A DNA stretch of 58,737 nt, the filler included, from Nemertoderma westbladi (Eukaryota > Animalia > Xenacoelomorpha): the NCBI GenBank assembly GCA_032718475.1. It is 3 parts of 3 records of this genome, joined end to end, with 100 filler letters (N's around TTAATTAATTAA, not from the genome) between each part and the next. Parts side by side here need not be neighbours in the genome. Positions count along the whole stretch, not along the records: positions 1 to 25,107 come from JAUCBJ010004496.1; 2 more parts are not named here. One strand, given 5' to 3'. Every line of letters starts with the position of its first letter. Position 1 is the first letter of the stretch. Under the pieces are notes generated by a model. The model did no database searches. It saw nothing but the letters and a program-made list of their open reading frames with translations, and was not told the origin of the DNA. A program made the translations under genes and the position numbers. Positions 11,511 to 25,207 of this stretch are shown here, in pieces.

Positions 11511-14500
11511 ACCGGCACTGTGTGTGGCTGACCGCGAGATCTGGGGGCGCTATGTTGCTGGGTCCGCCGGCACTGATTGTGGCTGACCGTGAGATCTGGG
11601 GCTGCTATGTTGCTTGGTGCGCCGGCACTGTGTGTGGCTGACCGTGAGATCTGGGGGCACTATGTTGCTGGGTCCGCCGGCACTGATTGTGGCTGACCGT
11701 GAGATCTGGGGCTGCTATGTTGCTTGGTGCGCCGGCACTGTGTGTGGCTGACCGTGAGATCTGGGGGCACTATGTTGCTGGGTCCGCCGGCACTGATTGT
11801 GGCTGACCGTGAGATCTGGGGCTGCTATGTTGCTTGGTGCGCCGGCACTGTGTGTGGCTGACCGTGAGATCTGGGGGCACTATGTTGCTGGGTCCGCCGG
11901 CACTGATTGTGGCTGACCGTGAGATCTGGGGCTGCTATGTTGCTTGGTGCGCCGGCACTGTGTGTGGCTGACCGTGAGATCTGGGGGCACTATGTTGCTG
12001 GGTCCGCCGGCACTGATTGTGGCTGACCGTGAGATCTGGGGCTGCTATGTTGCTTGGTGCGCCGGCACTGTTTACGGCTGGCCGTGAGATCTGGGGGCGC
12101 TATGTTGCTTGGTGCGCCGGCACTGTGTATGGCTGGCAGCGAGATCTGGAGGCACTATGTTGCTGGGTCCGCCGGCACTGTGTGTGGCTGACCTCGAGAT
12201 CTGGGGGCGCTATGTTGATGGGTCCGCCGGCACTGTGTGTGGCTGACCGTGAGATCTGGGGGCACTATGTTGCTGGGTCCGCCGGCACTGTGTGTGGCTG
12301 ACCGTGAGATCTGGGGCTGCTATGTTGCTGGGTGCGCCGGCACTGTTTATGGCTGGCCGTGAGATCTGGGAGCGCTATGATGCTTGGGCCTCCGGCACTG
12401 TGTGTGGCTGACCGTGAGATCTGGGGCTGCTATGTTGCTTGGTGCGCCGGCACGTGTATGACTGGCAGCGAGATCTGGAGGCACTATGTTGCTGGGTCCG
12501 CCGGCACTGTGTGTGGCTGACCTTGAGATCTGGGGCGCTATGTTACTGGGTCCGCCGACACTGTGTATGGCTGACCACGAGATCTGGGGGCACTAAGTTA
12601 CTGGGTCCGCCGGCACTGTGTGTGGCTGACCGCGAGATCTGGGGGTGCCATGTTGCTGGGTCCGCCGGCACTGTGTGTGGCTGGCCGCGAGATCTGGGGG
12701 CACTATGTTGCTGGGACCGCCGGCACTGTGTGTGGCTGACCGTAAGATCTGGGGGCACTATGTTGCTGGGTCCGCCGGCACTGTGTGTGGCTGACCTCGA
12801 AATCTGGGGCGCTATGTTACTGGGTCCGCCGGCACTGTGTGTGGCTGACCTCGAGATCTGGGGCGCTATGTTACTGGGTCCGCCGGCACTGTGTGTGGCT
12901 GACCTCGAGATCTGGGGCGCTATGTTACTGGGTCCGCCAGCACTGTGTGTGGCTGACCTCGAGATCTGGGGCGCTATGTTACTGGGTCCGCCGGCACTGT
13001 GTGTGGCTGACCGTGAGATCTGGGGGCACTATGTTACTGGGTCAGCCGGCACTGTGTGTGGCTGACCTCGAGATCTGGGGCGCTATGTTACTGGGTCCGC
13101 CGGCACTGTGTGTGGCTGATCGTGAGATCTGGGGGCACTATGTTGCTGGGTCCAGCGGCACTTTGTGTGGCTGACCTCGAGATCTGGGGCGCTATGTTAC
13201 TGGGTCCGCCGGCACTGTGTGTGGCTGACCGTAGGATCTGGGGCTGCTATGTTGCTGGGTCCGCCGACACTGTGTGTGGCTGACCGTAGGATCTGGGGTC
13301 GCTATGTTGTTGGGTCCGCCGGCACTGTGTGTGGCTGACCGCAAGATCTGGGGCGCTATGTTACTGGGTCCGCCAGCACTGTGTGTGGCTGACCTCGAGA
13401 TCTGGGGCGCTATGTTACTGGGTCCGCCGGCACTGTGTGTGGCTGACCGTGAGATCTGGGGGCACTATGTTGCTGGGTCCGCCGGCACTGTGTGTGGCTG
13501 ACCGTGAGATCTGGGGGCACTATGTTACTGGGTCCGCCGGCACTGTGTGTGGCTGACCGCGAGATCTGGGGGTGCCATGTTGCTGGGTCCGCCGGCACTG
13601 TGTGTGGCTGGCCGCGAGATCTGGGGGCACTATGTTGTTGGGTCCGCCGGCACTGTGTGTGGCTGACCTTGAGATCTGGGGCGCTATGTTACTGGGTCCG
13701 CCGGCACTGTGTGTGGCTGGCCGCGAGATCTGGGGGCACTATGTTGTTGGGTCCGCCGGCACTGTGTGTGGCTGACCGCAAGATCTGGGGGTGCCATGTT
13801 GCTGGGTCCGCCGGCACTGTGTGTGGCTGGCCGTGAGATCTGGGGGCGCTATGTTGCTGGGTCCGCCGGCACTGTGTGTGGCTGGCCGCGAGATCTGGGG
13901 GCGCTATGTTGCTGGGACCGCCGGCACTGTGTGTGCCTGACCGTGAGATCTAAGGCGCTATGTTACTTGGTCCGCAGGCACTGTGTGTGGCTGACCGTGA
14001 GATCTGGAGGCGCTATGTTGCTGGGTGCGCCGGCTCTGTGTTATGGCTGACCGTGAGATCTGGGGGCGCTATGTTGCTGGGTCCGCCGGCACTGTGTGTG
14101 GCTGGCCGCGAGATCTGGAGGTGCTATGTTGCTGGGTCCCCCGGCACTGTGTGTGGCTGACCGCGAGATCTGGGGGCGCTATGTTGCTGGGACCACCGGC
14201 ACTGTGTATGGCTGACCGCGAGATCTGGGGGCACTATGTTGCTGGGACCACCGGCACTGTGTATGGCTGACCGTGAGATCTGGAGGCGCTATGTTGCTGG
14301 GTCCGCCGACACTGTGTATGGCTGGCCGCGAGATCTGGAGGTGCTATGTTGCTGGGTGCGCCGGCACTGTGTATGGCTGGCCGCGAGATCTGGGGGCGCT
14401 ATGTTGCTGGGACCGCTGGCACTGTGTGTGGCTGACCGTGAGATCTGGGGGCGCTATGTTGCTGGGTCCGCCGGCACTGTGTATGGCTGGCCGCGAGATC

Positions 14501-15390
14501 TGGAGGCGCTATGTTGCTGGGTGCGCCGGCTCTGTGTTATGGCTGACCGTGAGATCTGGGGGCGCTATGTTGCTGGGTCCGCCGGCACTGTGTGTGGCTG
14601 GCCGCGAGATCTGGGGGCGCTATGTTGCTGGGTCCGCCGGCACTGTGTGTGGCTGACCGCGAGATCTGGAGGCGCTATGTTGCTGGGTGCGCCGGCTCTG
14701 TGTTATGGCTGACCGTGAGATCTGGGGGCGCTATGTTACCTGGTCCGCCGGCACTGTGTGTGGCCGACCGCGAGATCTGGAGGCGCTATGTTGCTGGGTG
14801 CGCCGGCTCTGTGTTATGGCTGACCGTGAGATCTGGGGGCACTATGTTGCTGGGTCCGCCGGCACTGTGTGTGGCTGACCATGAGATCTGGGGGCGCTAT
14901 GTTGCTGGGTCCTCCGGCACTGTGTGTGGCTGACCGTGAGATCTGGGGGCGCTATGTTGCTGGGTCTGCCGGCACTGTGTGTGGCTGGCCGCGAGATCTG
15001 GAGGCGCTATGTTGCTGGGTCCGCCGGCACTGTGTGTGGCTGACCGCGAGATCTGGAGGCGCTATGTTGCTGGGTCCGCCGGAACTGTGTGTGGCTGGCC
15101 GCGAGATCTGGGGGCGCTATGTTGCTGGGTCCGCCGGCACTGTGTGTGGCTGACCGCGAGATCTGGAGGCGCTATGTTGCTGGGTCCGCCGGCACTGTGT
15201 GTGGCTGGCCGCGAGATCTGGGGGCGCTATGTTGCTGGGTCCGCCGGCACTGTGTGTGGCTGACCGCGAGATCTGGAGGCGCTATGTTGCTGGGTCCACC
15301 GGCACTGTGTGTGGCTGACCGCGAGATCTGGAGGCGCTATGTTGCTGGGTCCGCCGGCACTGTGTGTGGCTGACCGCGAGATCTGGGGGC
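11511..15390. repeat. 55-bp satellite, block 2 (duplicate of block 1)
   Basis: Same order of variant units as block 1. Confidence 0.98.
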
Positions 15391-16307
15391 TACTAGGATC
15401 GGCATGCTGCATTGCAGCTGCATTTTTAAGAATGCTGTGCCGGCTTGTCAACAAAATTGCACCGCCACAACTCCCTATCACCCATGACATTTGCTAGATC
15501 ATCCGCATCTTTAAGGCCAGTGTCCTTTAAGATGCGTCTCAAGAAAGTCATGGGCTGTCCACCATGCTTATTCACTCCATGAGGCTGCCAAAGTACAAGA
15601 TTATGCACTGGCTGGTCCTCACGGCGAAAGCAATGTCCTGCAAAGCGGAGGCGATTTTGTTCTAGTGTCAAGCTTGGGGGAACCAATGAGACACCTCCAA
15701 TGTTATATAGTGTCTGGTTGGAGATGTGTGCATTGTACTTGACACAATGTACTGGGCGTAGCATTCTTGTGAATGTGCCATCCAGAGATTTGGTGTCCTC
15801 AGCAGTTAGAGCCCAGCATGGACTCCCGTAGAGGAGTACTGGAACTACTGCTGCTCTAAATAATCGGACCTTAAGTTTCCGATTAATTCTAGGTGACTTC
15901 CAAATCCTGGAAAGCCTATTCAAGGCTGCCCATGCCTTTCCCTTACGTATTCGAAGGTCCTCACCTGACTTCCGGATCCATGATCCCAGGTAACAGAAGT
16001 CGTCCACATGCTCAAGCATACCATCCTTTGAGCTTATGCTCATCCGATCAGAGACTTGCTGAGGACTTTCAAAGTTAACTGTCAGAATTTTAGTCTTTCT
16101 GGAGTTAATAAAAAGACCAACTCTAGAAGCAGCATGTTCTAATGAGCTGAGGAGCCGCTGGGCTCCCTCTAATGATTCTGAGAGTACTCCTAAGTCATCA
16201 GCAAAGTCTAGATCAGTTAGGTACTTGGCAGGATTTCCTCGACTTCTGGAGCCAGTAGGTGGAGTTATCATCACCCCATCATCATTATGATGATCTAAGG
16301 ATATGAG
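15391..16307 (-). mobile_element. 5'-truncated RTE-like family A LINE inserted in the satellite, with 10-11-bp TSD
   Basis: Open ORF 15426-16274 (DFADD, YLGS, LLYGSPCW, RLRFAGHCFR) with a short 3' UTR ending GCATGCCGATCCTAGTAG. GATCTGGGGGC is duplicated at 15380-15390 and 16308-16318 relative to satellite phase. Confidence 0.93.
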
Positions 16308-19300
16308 GATCTGGGGGCGCTATGTTGCTGGGACCACCGGCACTGTGTATGGCTGACCGCGAGATCTGGAGGCGCTATGTTGCTGGGTGCGCCGGCTCTG
16401 TGTTATGGCTGACCGTGAGATCTGGGGGCATAATGTTGCTGGGTCCGCCGGCACTGTGTGTGGCTGACCGCGAGATCTGGGGGTGCTATGTTGCTGGGAC
16501 CGCCGGCACTGTGTTATGGCTGACCGTGAGATCTGGGGGCGCTATGTTGCTGGGACCGCCAGCACTGTGTTATGGCTGACCGTGAGATCTGGGGGCGCTA
16601 TGTTGCTGGGTCCGCCGGCACTGTGTGTGGCTGACCGCGAGATCTGGAGGCGCCATATTGCTGGGTCCGCCGGCACTGTGTATGGCTGACCACGAGATCT
16701 GGGGGCGCTATGTTGCTGGGTCCGCCGGTACTGTGTGTAGCTGACCGCGAGATCTGGAGGCGCTATGTTGCTGGGTCCGCCGGCACTGTGTGTGGCTGAC
16801 CGTGAGATCTGGGGGCGCTATGTTGCTGGGTCCGCCGGCACTGTGTGTGGCTGGCCGCGAGATCTGGAGGCGCTATGTTGCTGGGTCCGCCGGCACTGTG
16901 TATGGCTGACCACGAGATCTGGGGGCGCTATGTTGCTGGGTCCGCCGGCACTGTGTGTGGCTGACCGCGAGATCTGGAGGCGCTATGTTGCTGGGTCCGC
17001 CGGCACTGTGTGTGGCTGGCCGCGAGATCTGGGGGCGCTATGTTGCTGGGTCTGCCGGCACTGTGTGTAGCTGACCGCGAGATCTGGAGGCGCTATGTTG
17101 CTGGGTCCGCCGGCACTGTGTGTGGCTGACCGCGAGATCTGGAGGCGCTATGTTGCTGGGTCCGCCGGCACTGTGTGTGGCTGACCGCGAGATCTGGGGG
17201 CGCTATGTTGCTGGGACCACCGGCACTGTGTATGGCTGACCGCGAGATCTGGGGGCACTATGTTGCTGGGACCACCGGCACTGTGTATGGCTGACCGTGA
17301 GATCTGGAGGCGCTATGTTGCTGGGTCCGCCGACACTGTGTATGGCTGGCCGCGAGATCTGGAGGCGCTATGTTGCTGGGTGCGCCGGCACTGTGTATGG
17401 CTGGCCGCGAGATCTGGGGGCGCTATGTTGCTGGGACCGCCGGCACTGTGTGTGGCTGACCGTGAGATCTGGGGGCGCTATGTTGCTGGGTCCGCTGGCA
17501 CTGTGTATGGCTGGCCGCGAGATCTGGAGGCGCTATGTTGCTGGGTGCGCCGGCTCTGTGTTATGGCTGACCGTGAGATCTGGGGGCGCTATGTTGCTGG
17601 GTCCGCCGGCACTGTGTGTGGCTGGCCGCAAGATCTGGGGGCGCTATGTTGCTGGGTCCGCCGGCACTGTGTGTGGCTGACCGCGAGATCTGGAGGCGCT
17701 ATGTTGCTGGGTGCGCCGGCTCTGTGTTATGGCTGACCGTGAGATCTGGGGGCGCTATGTTACTTGGTCCGCCGGCACTGTGTGTGGCTGACCGCGACAT
17801 CTAGAGGCGCTATGTTGCTGGGTGCGCCGGCTCTGTGTTATGGCTGACCGTGAGATCTGGGGGCACTATGTTGCTGGGTCCGCCGGCACTGTGTGTGGCT
17901 GACCGCGAGATCTGGAGGCGCTGTGTTGCTGGGTGCGCCGGCTCTGTGTTATGGCTGACCGTGAGATCTGGGGGCACTATGTTGCTGGGTCCGCCGGCAC
18001 TGTGTATGGCTGACCGCGAGATCTGGGGGTGCTATGTTGCGGGGACCGCCGGCACTGTGTTATGGCTGACCGTTAGATCTGGGGGCACTATGTTGCTGGG
18101 TCCGCCGGCACTGTGTGTGGCTGACCGCGAGATCTGGAGGCGCTATGTTGCTGGGTGCGCCGGCTCTGTGTTATGGCTGACCGTGAGATCTGGGGGCACT
18201 ATGTTGCTGGGTCCGCCGGCACTGTGTGTGGCTGACCGCGAGATCTGGGGGTGCTATGTTGCTGGGACTGCCGGCACTGTGTTATGGCTGACCGTGAGAT
18301 CTGGGGGCGCTATGTTGCTGGGACCGCCGGCACTGTGTTATGGCTGACCGTGAGATCTGGGGGCGCTATGTTGCTGGGTCCGCCGGCACTGTGTGTGGCT
18401 GACCGCGAGATCTGGAGGCGCTATGTTGCTGGGTGCGCCGGCTCTGTGTTATGGCTGACCGTGAGATCTGGGGGCTCTATGTTGTTGGGTCCGCCGGCAC
18501 TGTGTGTGGCTGACCGCGAGATCTGGGGGTGCCATGTTGCTGGGTCCGCCGGCACTGTGTGTGGCTGGCCGTGAGATCTGGGGGCGCTATGTTGCTGGGT
18601 CCGCCGGCACTGTGTGTGGCTGGCCGCGAGATCTGGGGGCGCGATGTTGCTGGGAGCGCCGGCACTGTGTGTGCCTGACCGTGAGATCTAAGGCGCGATG
18701 TTACTTGGTCCGCCGGCACTGTGTGTGGCTGACCGTGAGATCTGGAGGCGCTATGTTGCTGGGTGCGCCGGCTCTGTGTTATGGCTGACCGTGAGATCTG
18801 GGGGCGCTATGTTGCTGGGTCCGCCGGCACTGTGTGTGGCTGGCCGCGAGATCTGGGGGCGCTATGTTGCTGGGTCCGCCGGCACTGTGTGTGGCTGACC
18901 GCGAGATCTGGAGGCGCTATGTTGCTGGGTGCGCCGCTCTGTGTTATGGCTGACCGTGAGATCTGGGGGCGCTATGTTACTTGGTCCGCCGGCACTGTGT
19001 GTGGCTGACCGCGAGATCTGGAGGCGCTATGTTGCTGGGTGCGCCGGCTCTGTGTTATGGCTGACCGTGAGATCTGGGGGCACTATGTTGCTGGGTCCGC
19101 CGGCACTGTGTGTGGCTGACCGCGATATCTGGAGGCGCTATGTTGCTGGGTGCGCCGGCTCTGTGTTATGGCTGACCGTGAGATCTGGGGGCACTATGTT
19201 GCTGGGTCCGCCGGCACTGTGTGTGGCTGACCGCGAGATCTGGGGGTGCTATGTTGCTGGGACTGACGGCACTGTGTTATGGCTGACCATGAGATCTGGG

Positions 19301-22300
19301 GGCGCTATGTTGCTGGGACCGCCGGCACTGTGTTATGGCTGACCGTGAGATCTGGGGGCGCTATGTTGCTGGGTCCGCCGGCACTGTGTGTGGCTGACCG
19401 CGAGATCTGGAGGCGCTATGTTGCTGGGTCCGCCGGCACTGTGTATGGCTGACCACGAGATCTGGGGGCGCTATGTTGCTGGGTCCGCCGGCACTGTGTG
19501 TGGCTGACCGCGAGATCTGGAGGCGCTATGTTGCTGGGTCCGCCGGCACTGTGTGTGGCTGACCGTGAGATCTGGGGGCGCTATGTTGCTGGGTCCGCCG
19601 GCACTGTGTGTGGCTGGCCGCGAGATCTGGAGGCGCTATGTTGCTGGGTCCGCCGGCACTGTGTATGGCTGACCACGAGATCTGGGGGCGCTATGTTGCT
19701 GGGTCCGCCGGCACTGTGTGTGGCTGACCGCGAGATCTGGAGGCGCTATGTTGCTGGGTCCGCCGGCACTGTGTGTGGCTGGCCGCGAGATCTGGGGGCG
19801 CTATGTTGCTGGGTCCGCCGGCACTGTGTGTGGCTGACCGCGAGATCTGGAGGCGCTATGTTGCTGGGTCCGCCGGCACTGTGTGTGGCTGACCGCGAGA
19901 TCTGGAGGCGCTATGTTGCTGGGTCCGCCGGCACTGTGTGTGGCTGACCGCGAGATCTGGGGGCGCTATGTTGCTGGGACCACCGGCACTGTGTATGGCT
20001 GACCGCGAGATCTGGAGGCGCTATGTTGCTGGGTGCGCCGGCTCTGTGTTATGGCTGACCGTGAGATCTGGGGGCACTATGTTGCTGGGTCCGCCGGCAC
20101 TGTGTGTGGCTGACCGCGAGATCTGGGGGTGCTATGTTGCTGGGACCGCCGGCACTGTGTTATGGCTGACCGTGAGATCTGGGGGCGCTATGTTGCTGGG
20201 ACCGCCGGCACTGTGTTATGGCTGACCGTGAGATCTGGGGGCGCTATGTTGCTGGATCCGCCGGCACTGTGTGTGGCTGACCGCGAGATCTGGAGGCGCT
20301 ATGTTGCTGGGTCCGCCGGCACTGTGTATGGCTGACCACGAGATCTGGGGGCGCTATGTTGCTGGGTCCGCCGGCACTGTGTGTGGCTGACCGCGAGATC
20401 TGGAGGCGCTATGTTGCTGGGTCCGCCGGCACTGTGTGTGGCTGACCGTGAGATCTGGGGGCGCTATGTTGCTGGGTCCGCCGGCACTGTGTGTGGCTGG
20501 CCGCGAGATCTGGAGGCGCTATGTTGCTGGGTCCGCCGGCACTGTGTATGGCTGACCACGAGATCTGGGGGCGCTATGTTGCTGGGTCCGCTGGCACTGT
20601 GTGTGGCTGACCGCGAGATCTGGAGGCGCTATGTTGCTGGGTCCGCCGGCACTGTGTGTGGCTGGCCACGAGATCTGGGGGCGCTATGTTGCTGGGTCCG
20701 CCGGCACTGTGTGTGGCTGACCGCGAGATCTGGAGGCGCTATGTTGCTGGGTCCGCCGGCACTGTGTGTGGCTGACCGCGAGATCTGGAGGCGCTATGTT
20801 GCTGGGTCCGCCGGCACTGTGTGTGGCTGACCACGAGATCTGGGGGCGCTATGTTGCTGGGACCACCGGCACTGTGTATGGCTGACCGCGAGATCTGGGG
20901 GCACTATGTTGCTGGGACCACCGGCACTGTGTATGGCTGACCGTGAGATCTGGAGGCGCTATGTTGCTGGGTCCGCCGACACTGTGTATGGCTGGCCGCG
21001 AGATCTGGAGGCGCTATGTTGCTGGGTGCGCCGGCACTGTGTATGGCTGGCCGCGAGATCTGGGGGCGCTATGTTGCTGGGACCGCCGGCACTGTGTGTG
21101 GCTGACCGTGAGATCTGGGGGCGCTATGTTGCTGGGTCCGCCGGCACTGTGTATGGCTGGCCGCGAGATCTGGAGGCGCTATGTTGCTGGGTGCGCCGGC
21201 TCTGTGTTATGGCTGACCGTGAGATCTGGGGGCGCTATGTTGCTGGGTCCGCCGGCACTGTGTGTGGCTGGCCGCGAGATCTGGGGGCGCTATGTTGCTG
21301 GGTCCGCCGGCACTGTGTGTGGCTGACCGCGAGATCTGGAGGCGCTATGTTGCTGGGTGCGCCGGCTCTGTGTTATGGCTGACCGTGAGATCTGGGGGCA
21401 CTATGTTGTTGGGTCCGCCGGCACTGTGTGTGGCTGACCGCGAGATCTGGGGGTGCCATGTTGCTGGGTCCGCCGGCACTGTGTGTGGCTGGCCGTGAGA
21501 TCTGGGGGCGCTATGTTGCTGGGTCCGCCGGCACTGTGTGTGGCTGGCCGCGAGATCTGGGGGCGCTATGTTGCTGGGACCACCGGCACTGTGTGTGCCT
21601 GACCGTGAGATCTAAGGCGCTATGTTACTTGGTCCGCCGGCACTGTGTGTGGCTGACCGTGAGATCTGGAGGCGCTATGTTGCTGGGTGCGCCGGCACTG
21701 TGTGTGGCTGGCCGCGAGATCTGGGGGCGCTATGTTGCTGGGTCCGCCGGCACTGTGTGTGGCTGACCGCGAGATCTGGAGGCGCTATGTTGCTGGGTGC
21801 GCCGGCTCTGTGTTATGGCTGACCGTGAGATCTGGGGGCGCTATGTTACTTGGTCCGCCGGCAGTGTGTGTGGCTGACCGCGAGATCTGGAGGCGCTATG
21901 TTGCTGGGTGCGCCGGCTCTGTGTTATGGCTGACCGTGAGATCTGGGGGCACTATGTTGCTGGGTCCGCCGGCACTGTGTGTGGCTGACCGCGAGATCTG
22001 GAGACGCTATGTAGCTGGGTGCGCCGGCTCTGTGTTATGGCTGACCGTGAGATCTGGGGGCACTATGTTGCTGGGTCCGCCGGCACTGTGTGTGGCTGAC
22101 CGCGAGATCTGAGGGTGCTATGTTGCGGGGACCGCCGGCACTGTGTTATGGCTGACCGTGAGATCTGGGGGCGCTATGTTGCTGGGTCCGCCGGCACTGT
22201 GTGTGGCTGACCGTGAGATCTGGGGGCGCTATGTTGCTGGGTCCGCCGGCACTGTGTGTGGCTGACCGCGAGATCTGGAGGCGCTATGTTGCTGGGTCCG

Positions 22301-25107
22301 CCGGCACTGTGTATGGCTGACCACGAGATCTGGGGGCGCTATGTTGCTGGGTCCGCCGGCACTGTGTGTGGCTGACCGCGAGATCTGGAGGCGCTATGTT
22401 GCTGGGTCCGCCGGCACTGTGTGTGGCTGACCGTGAGATCTGGGGGCGCTATGTTGCTGGGTCCGCCGGCACTGTGTGTGGCTGGCCGCGAGATCTGGAG
22501 GCGCTATGTTGCTGGGTCCGCCGGCACTGTGTATGGCTGACCGCGAGATCTGGGGGCGCTATGTTGCTGGGTCCGCCGGCACTGTGTGTGGCTGACCGCG
22601 AGATCTGGGGGCGCTATGTTGCTGGGTCCGCCGGCACTGTGTATGGCTGACCGCGAGATCTGGAGGCGCTATGTTGCTGGGTGCGCCGGCTCTGTGTTAT
22701 GGCTGACCGTGAGATCTGGGGGCACTATGTTGCTGGGTCCGCCGGCACTGTGTGTGGCTGACCGCGAGATCTGGGGGTGCTATGTTGCTGGGACCGCCGG
22801 CACTGTGTGATGGCTGACCGTGAGATCTGGGGGCGCTATGTTGCTGGGACCGCCGGCACTGTGTTATGGCTGACCGTGAGATCTGGGGGCGCTATGTTGC
22901 TGGATCCGCCGGCACTGTGTGTGGCTGACCGCGAGATCTGGAGGCGCTATGTTGCTGGGTCCGCCGGCACTGTGTATGGCTGACCGCGAGATCTGGGGGC
23001 GCTATGTTGCTGGGTCCGCCGGCACTGTGTGTGGCTGACCGTGAGATCTGGAGGCGCTATGTTGCTGGGTCCGCCGGCACTGTGTGATGGCTGACCGTGA
23101 GATCTGGGGGCGCTATGTTGCTGGGTCCGCCGGCACTGTGTGTGGCTGACCGCGAGATCTGGAGGCGCTATGTTGCTGGGTCCGCCGGCACTGTGTATGG
23201 CTGACCGTGAGATCTGGGGGCGCTATGTTGCTGGGTCCGCCGGCACTGTGTGTGGCTGACCGCGAGATCTGGAGGCGCTATGTTGCTGGGTGCGCCGGCT
23301 CTGTGTTATGGCTGACCGTGAGATCTGGGGGCGCTATGTTGCTGGGTCCGCCGGCACTGTGTGTGGCTGACCGCGAGATCTGGGGGCGCTATGTTGCTGG
23401 GTCCGCCGGCACTGTGTATGGCTGACCGCGAGATCTGGGGGCGCTATGTTGCTGGGTCCGCCGGCACTGTGTGTGGCTGACCGCGAGATCTGGGGGCGCT
23501 ATGTTGCTGGGTCCGCCGGCACTGTGTGTGGCTGACCGCGAGATCTGGGGGCGCTATGTTGCTGGGTCCGCCGGCACTGTGTATGGCTGACCGCGAGATC
23601 TGGGGGCGCTATGTTGCTGGGTCCGCCGGCACTGTGTGTGGCTGACCGCGAGATCTGGAGGCGCTATGTTGCTGGGTCCGCCGGCACTGTGTGTGGCTGA
23701 CCGCGAGATCTGGGGGCGCTATGTTGCTGGGTCCGCCGGCACTGTGTGTGGCTGACCGCGAGATCTGGGGGCGCTATGTTGCTGGGTCCGCCGGCACTGT
23801 GTGTGGCTGACCGCGAGATCTGGAGGCGCTATGTTGCTGGGTCCGCCGGCACTGTGTGTGGCTGGCCGCGAGATCTGGGGGCGCTATGTTGCTGGGTCCG
23901 CCGGCACTGTGTATGGCTGACCGCGAGATCTGGAGGCGCTATGTTGCTGGGTCCGCCGGCACTGTGTGTGGCTGACCGCGAGATCTGGGGGCGCTATGTT
24001 GCTGGGTCCGCCGGCACTGTGTGTGGCTGACCGCGAGATCTGGGGGCGCTATGTTGCTGGGTCCGCCGGCACTGTGTTATGGCTGACCGTGAGATCTGGG
24101 GGCGCTATGTTGCTGGGTCCGCCGGCACTGTGTTATGGCTGACCGCGAGATCTGGGGGTGCTATGTTGCTGGGACCGCCGGCACTGTGTATGGCTGACCG
24201 CGAGATCTGGGGGCGCTATGTTGCTGGGTCCGCCGGCACTGTGTATGGCTGACCGCGAGATCTGGGGGCGCTATGTTGCTGGGTCCGCCGGCACTGTGTG
24301 TGGCTGACCGCGAGATCTGGAGGCGCTATGTTGCTGGGTCCGCCGGCACTGTGTATGGCTGACCGCGAGATCTGGGGGCGCTATGTTGCTGGGTCCGCCG
24401 GCACTGTGTGTGGCTGACCGCGAGATCTGGGGCGCTATGTTGCTGGGTCCGCCGGCACTGTGTGTGGCTGACCGCGAGATCTGGGGGCGCTATGTTGCTG
24501 GGTCCGCCGGCACTGTGTATGGCTGACCGCGAGATCTGGGGGCGCTATGTTGCTGGGTCCGCCGGCACTGTGTATGGCTGACCGCGAGATCTGGGGGCGC
24601 TATGTTGCTGGGTCCGCCGGCACTGTGTGTGGCTGACCGCGAGATCTGGGGGCGCTATGTTGCTGGGTCCGCCGGCACTGTGTGTGGCTGACCGCGAGAT
24701 CTGGGGGCGCTATGTTGCTGGGTCCGCCGGCACTGTGTGTGGCTGACCGCGAGATCTGGGGGCGCTATGTTGCTGGGTCCGCCGGCACTGTGTGTGGCTG
24801 ACCGCGAGATCTGGGGGCGCTATGTTGCTGGGTCCGCCGGCACTGTGTATGGCTGACCGCGAGATCTGGGGGCGCTATGTTGCTGGGTCCGCCGGCACTG
24901 TGTGTGGCTGACCGCGAGATCTGGAGGCGCTATGTTGCTGGGTCCGCCGGCACTGTGTGTGGCTGACCGCGAGATCTGGGGGCGCTATGTTGCTGGGTCC
25001 GCCGGCACTGTGTGTGGCTGACCGCGAGATCTGGAGGCGCTATGTTGCTGGGTCCGCCGGCACTGTGTATGGCTGACCGCGAGATCTGGGGGCGCTATGT
25101 TGCTGGG
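16308..25107. repeat. 55-bp satellite, block 3, running to the contig end
   Basis: Same unit. Variant blocks recur at offsets 3646 (16483/20129; 17260/20906), 883 and 2648. The array becomes increasingly homogeneous toward 25107. Confidence 0.98.
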
Positions 25108-25207
25108 NNNNNNNNNNNNNNNNNNNNNNNNNNNNNNNNNNNNNNNNNNNNTTAATTAATTAANNNNNNNNNNNNNNNNNNNNNNNNNNNNNNNNNNNNN
25201 NNNNNNN
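25108..25207. other. Artificial contig linker (N44-TTAATTAATTAA-N44)
   Basis: A six-frame stop 12-mer sits between N runs; an identical linker occurs at 42090. Confidence 0.97.

Larger units (their letters stand above)
5026..15357. repeat. Tandem segmental duplication, 5,166-bp unit (5026-10191 / 10192-~15357)
   Basis: ORFs and unique sequence recur at a constant +5166 offset. Only isolated differences were seen (NIFIYF vs NIYIYF, TACTTGG vs TACCTGG, unit-level changes near the end). The junction shows CA microhomology. Confidence 0.92.

Noticed and set aside
6851-24030. Dozens of MLLGPPALCVADREIW-type ORFs
   Set aside because: They are by-products of a 55-bp unit that is not a multiple of three; frames shift every unit and stops recur.
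6345-25107. CRISPR array or RT-associated spacer array
   Set aside because: Units are head-to-tail with no unique spacers, there are no cas genes, and the RTs are eukaryotic LINE type.
25152-25163. TTAATTAATTAA as a biological motif, and ORFs ending in ...LIN
   Set aside because: This is an artificial linker; ORF ends at 25152 and 42145 are not real.
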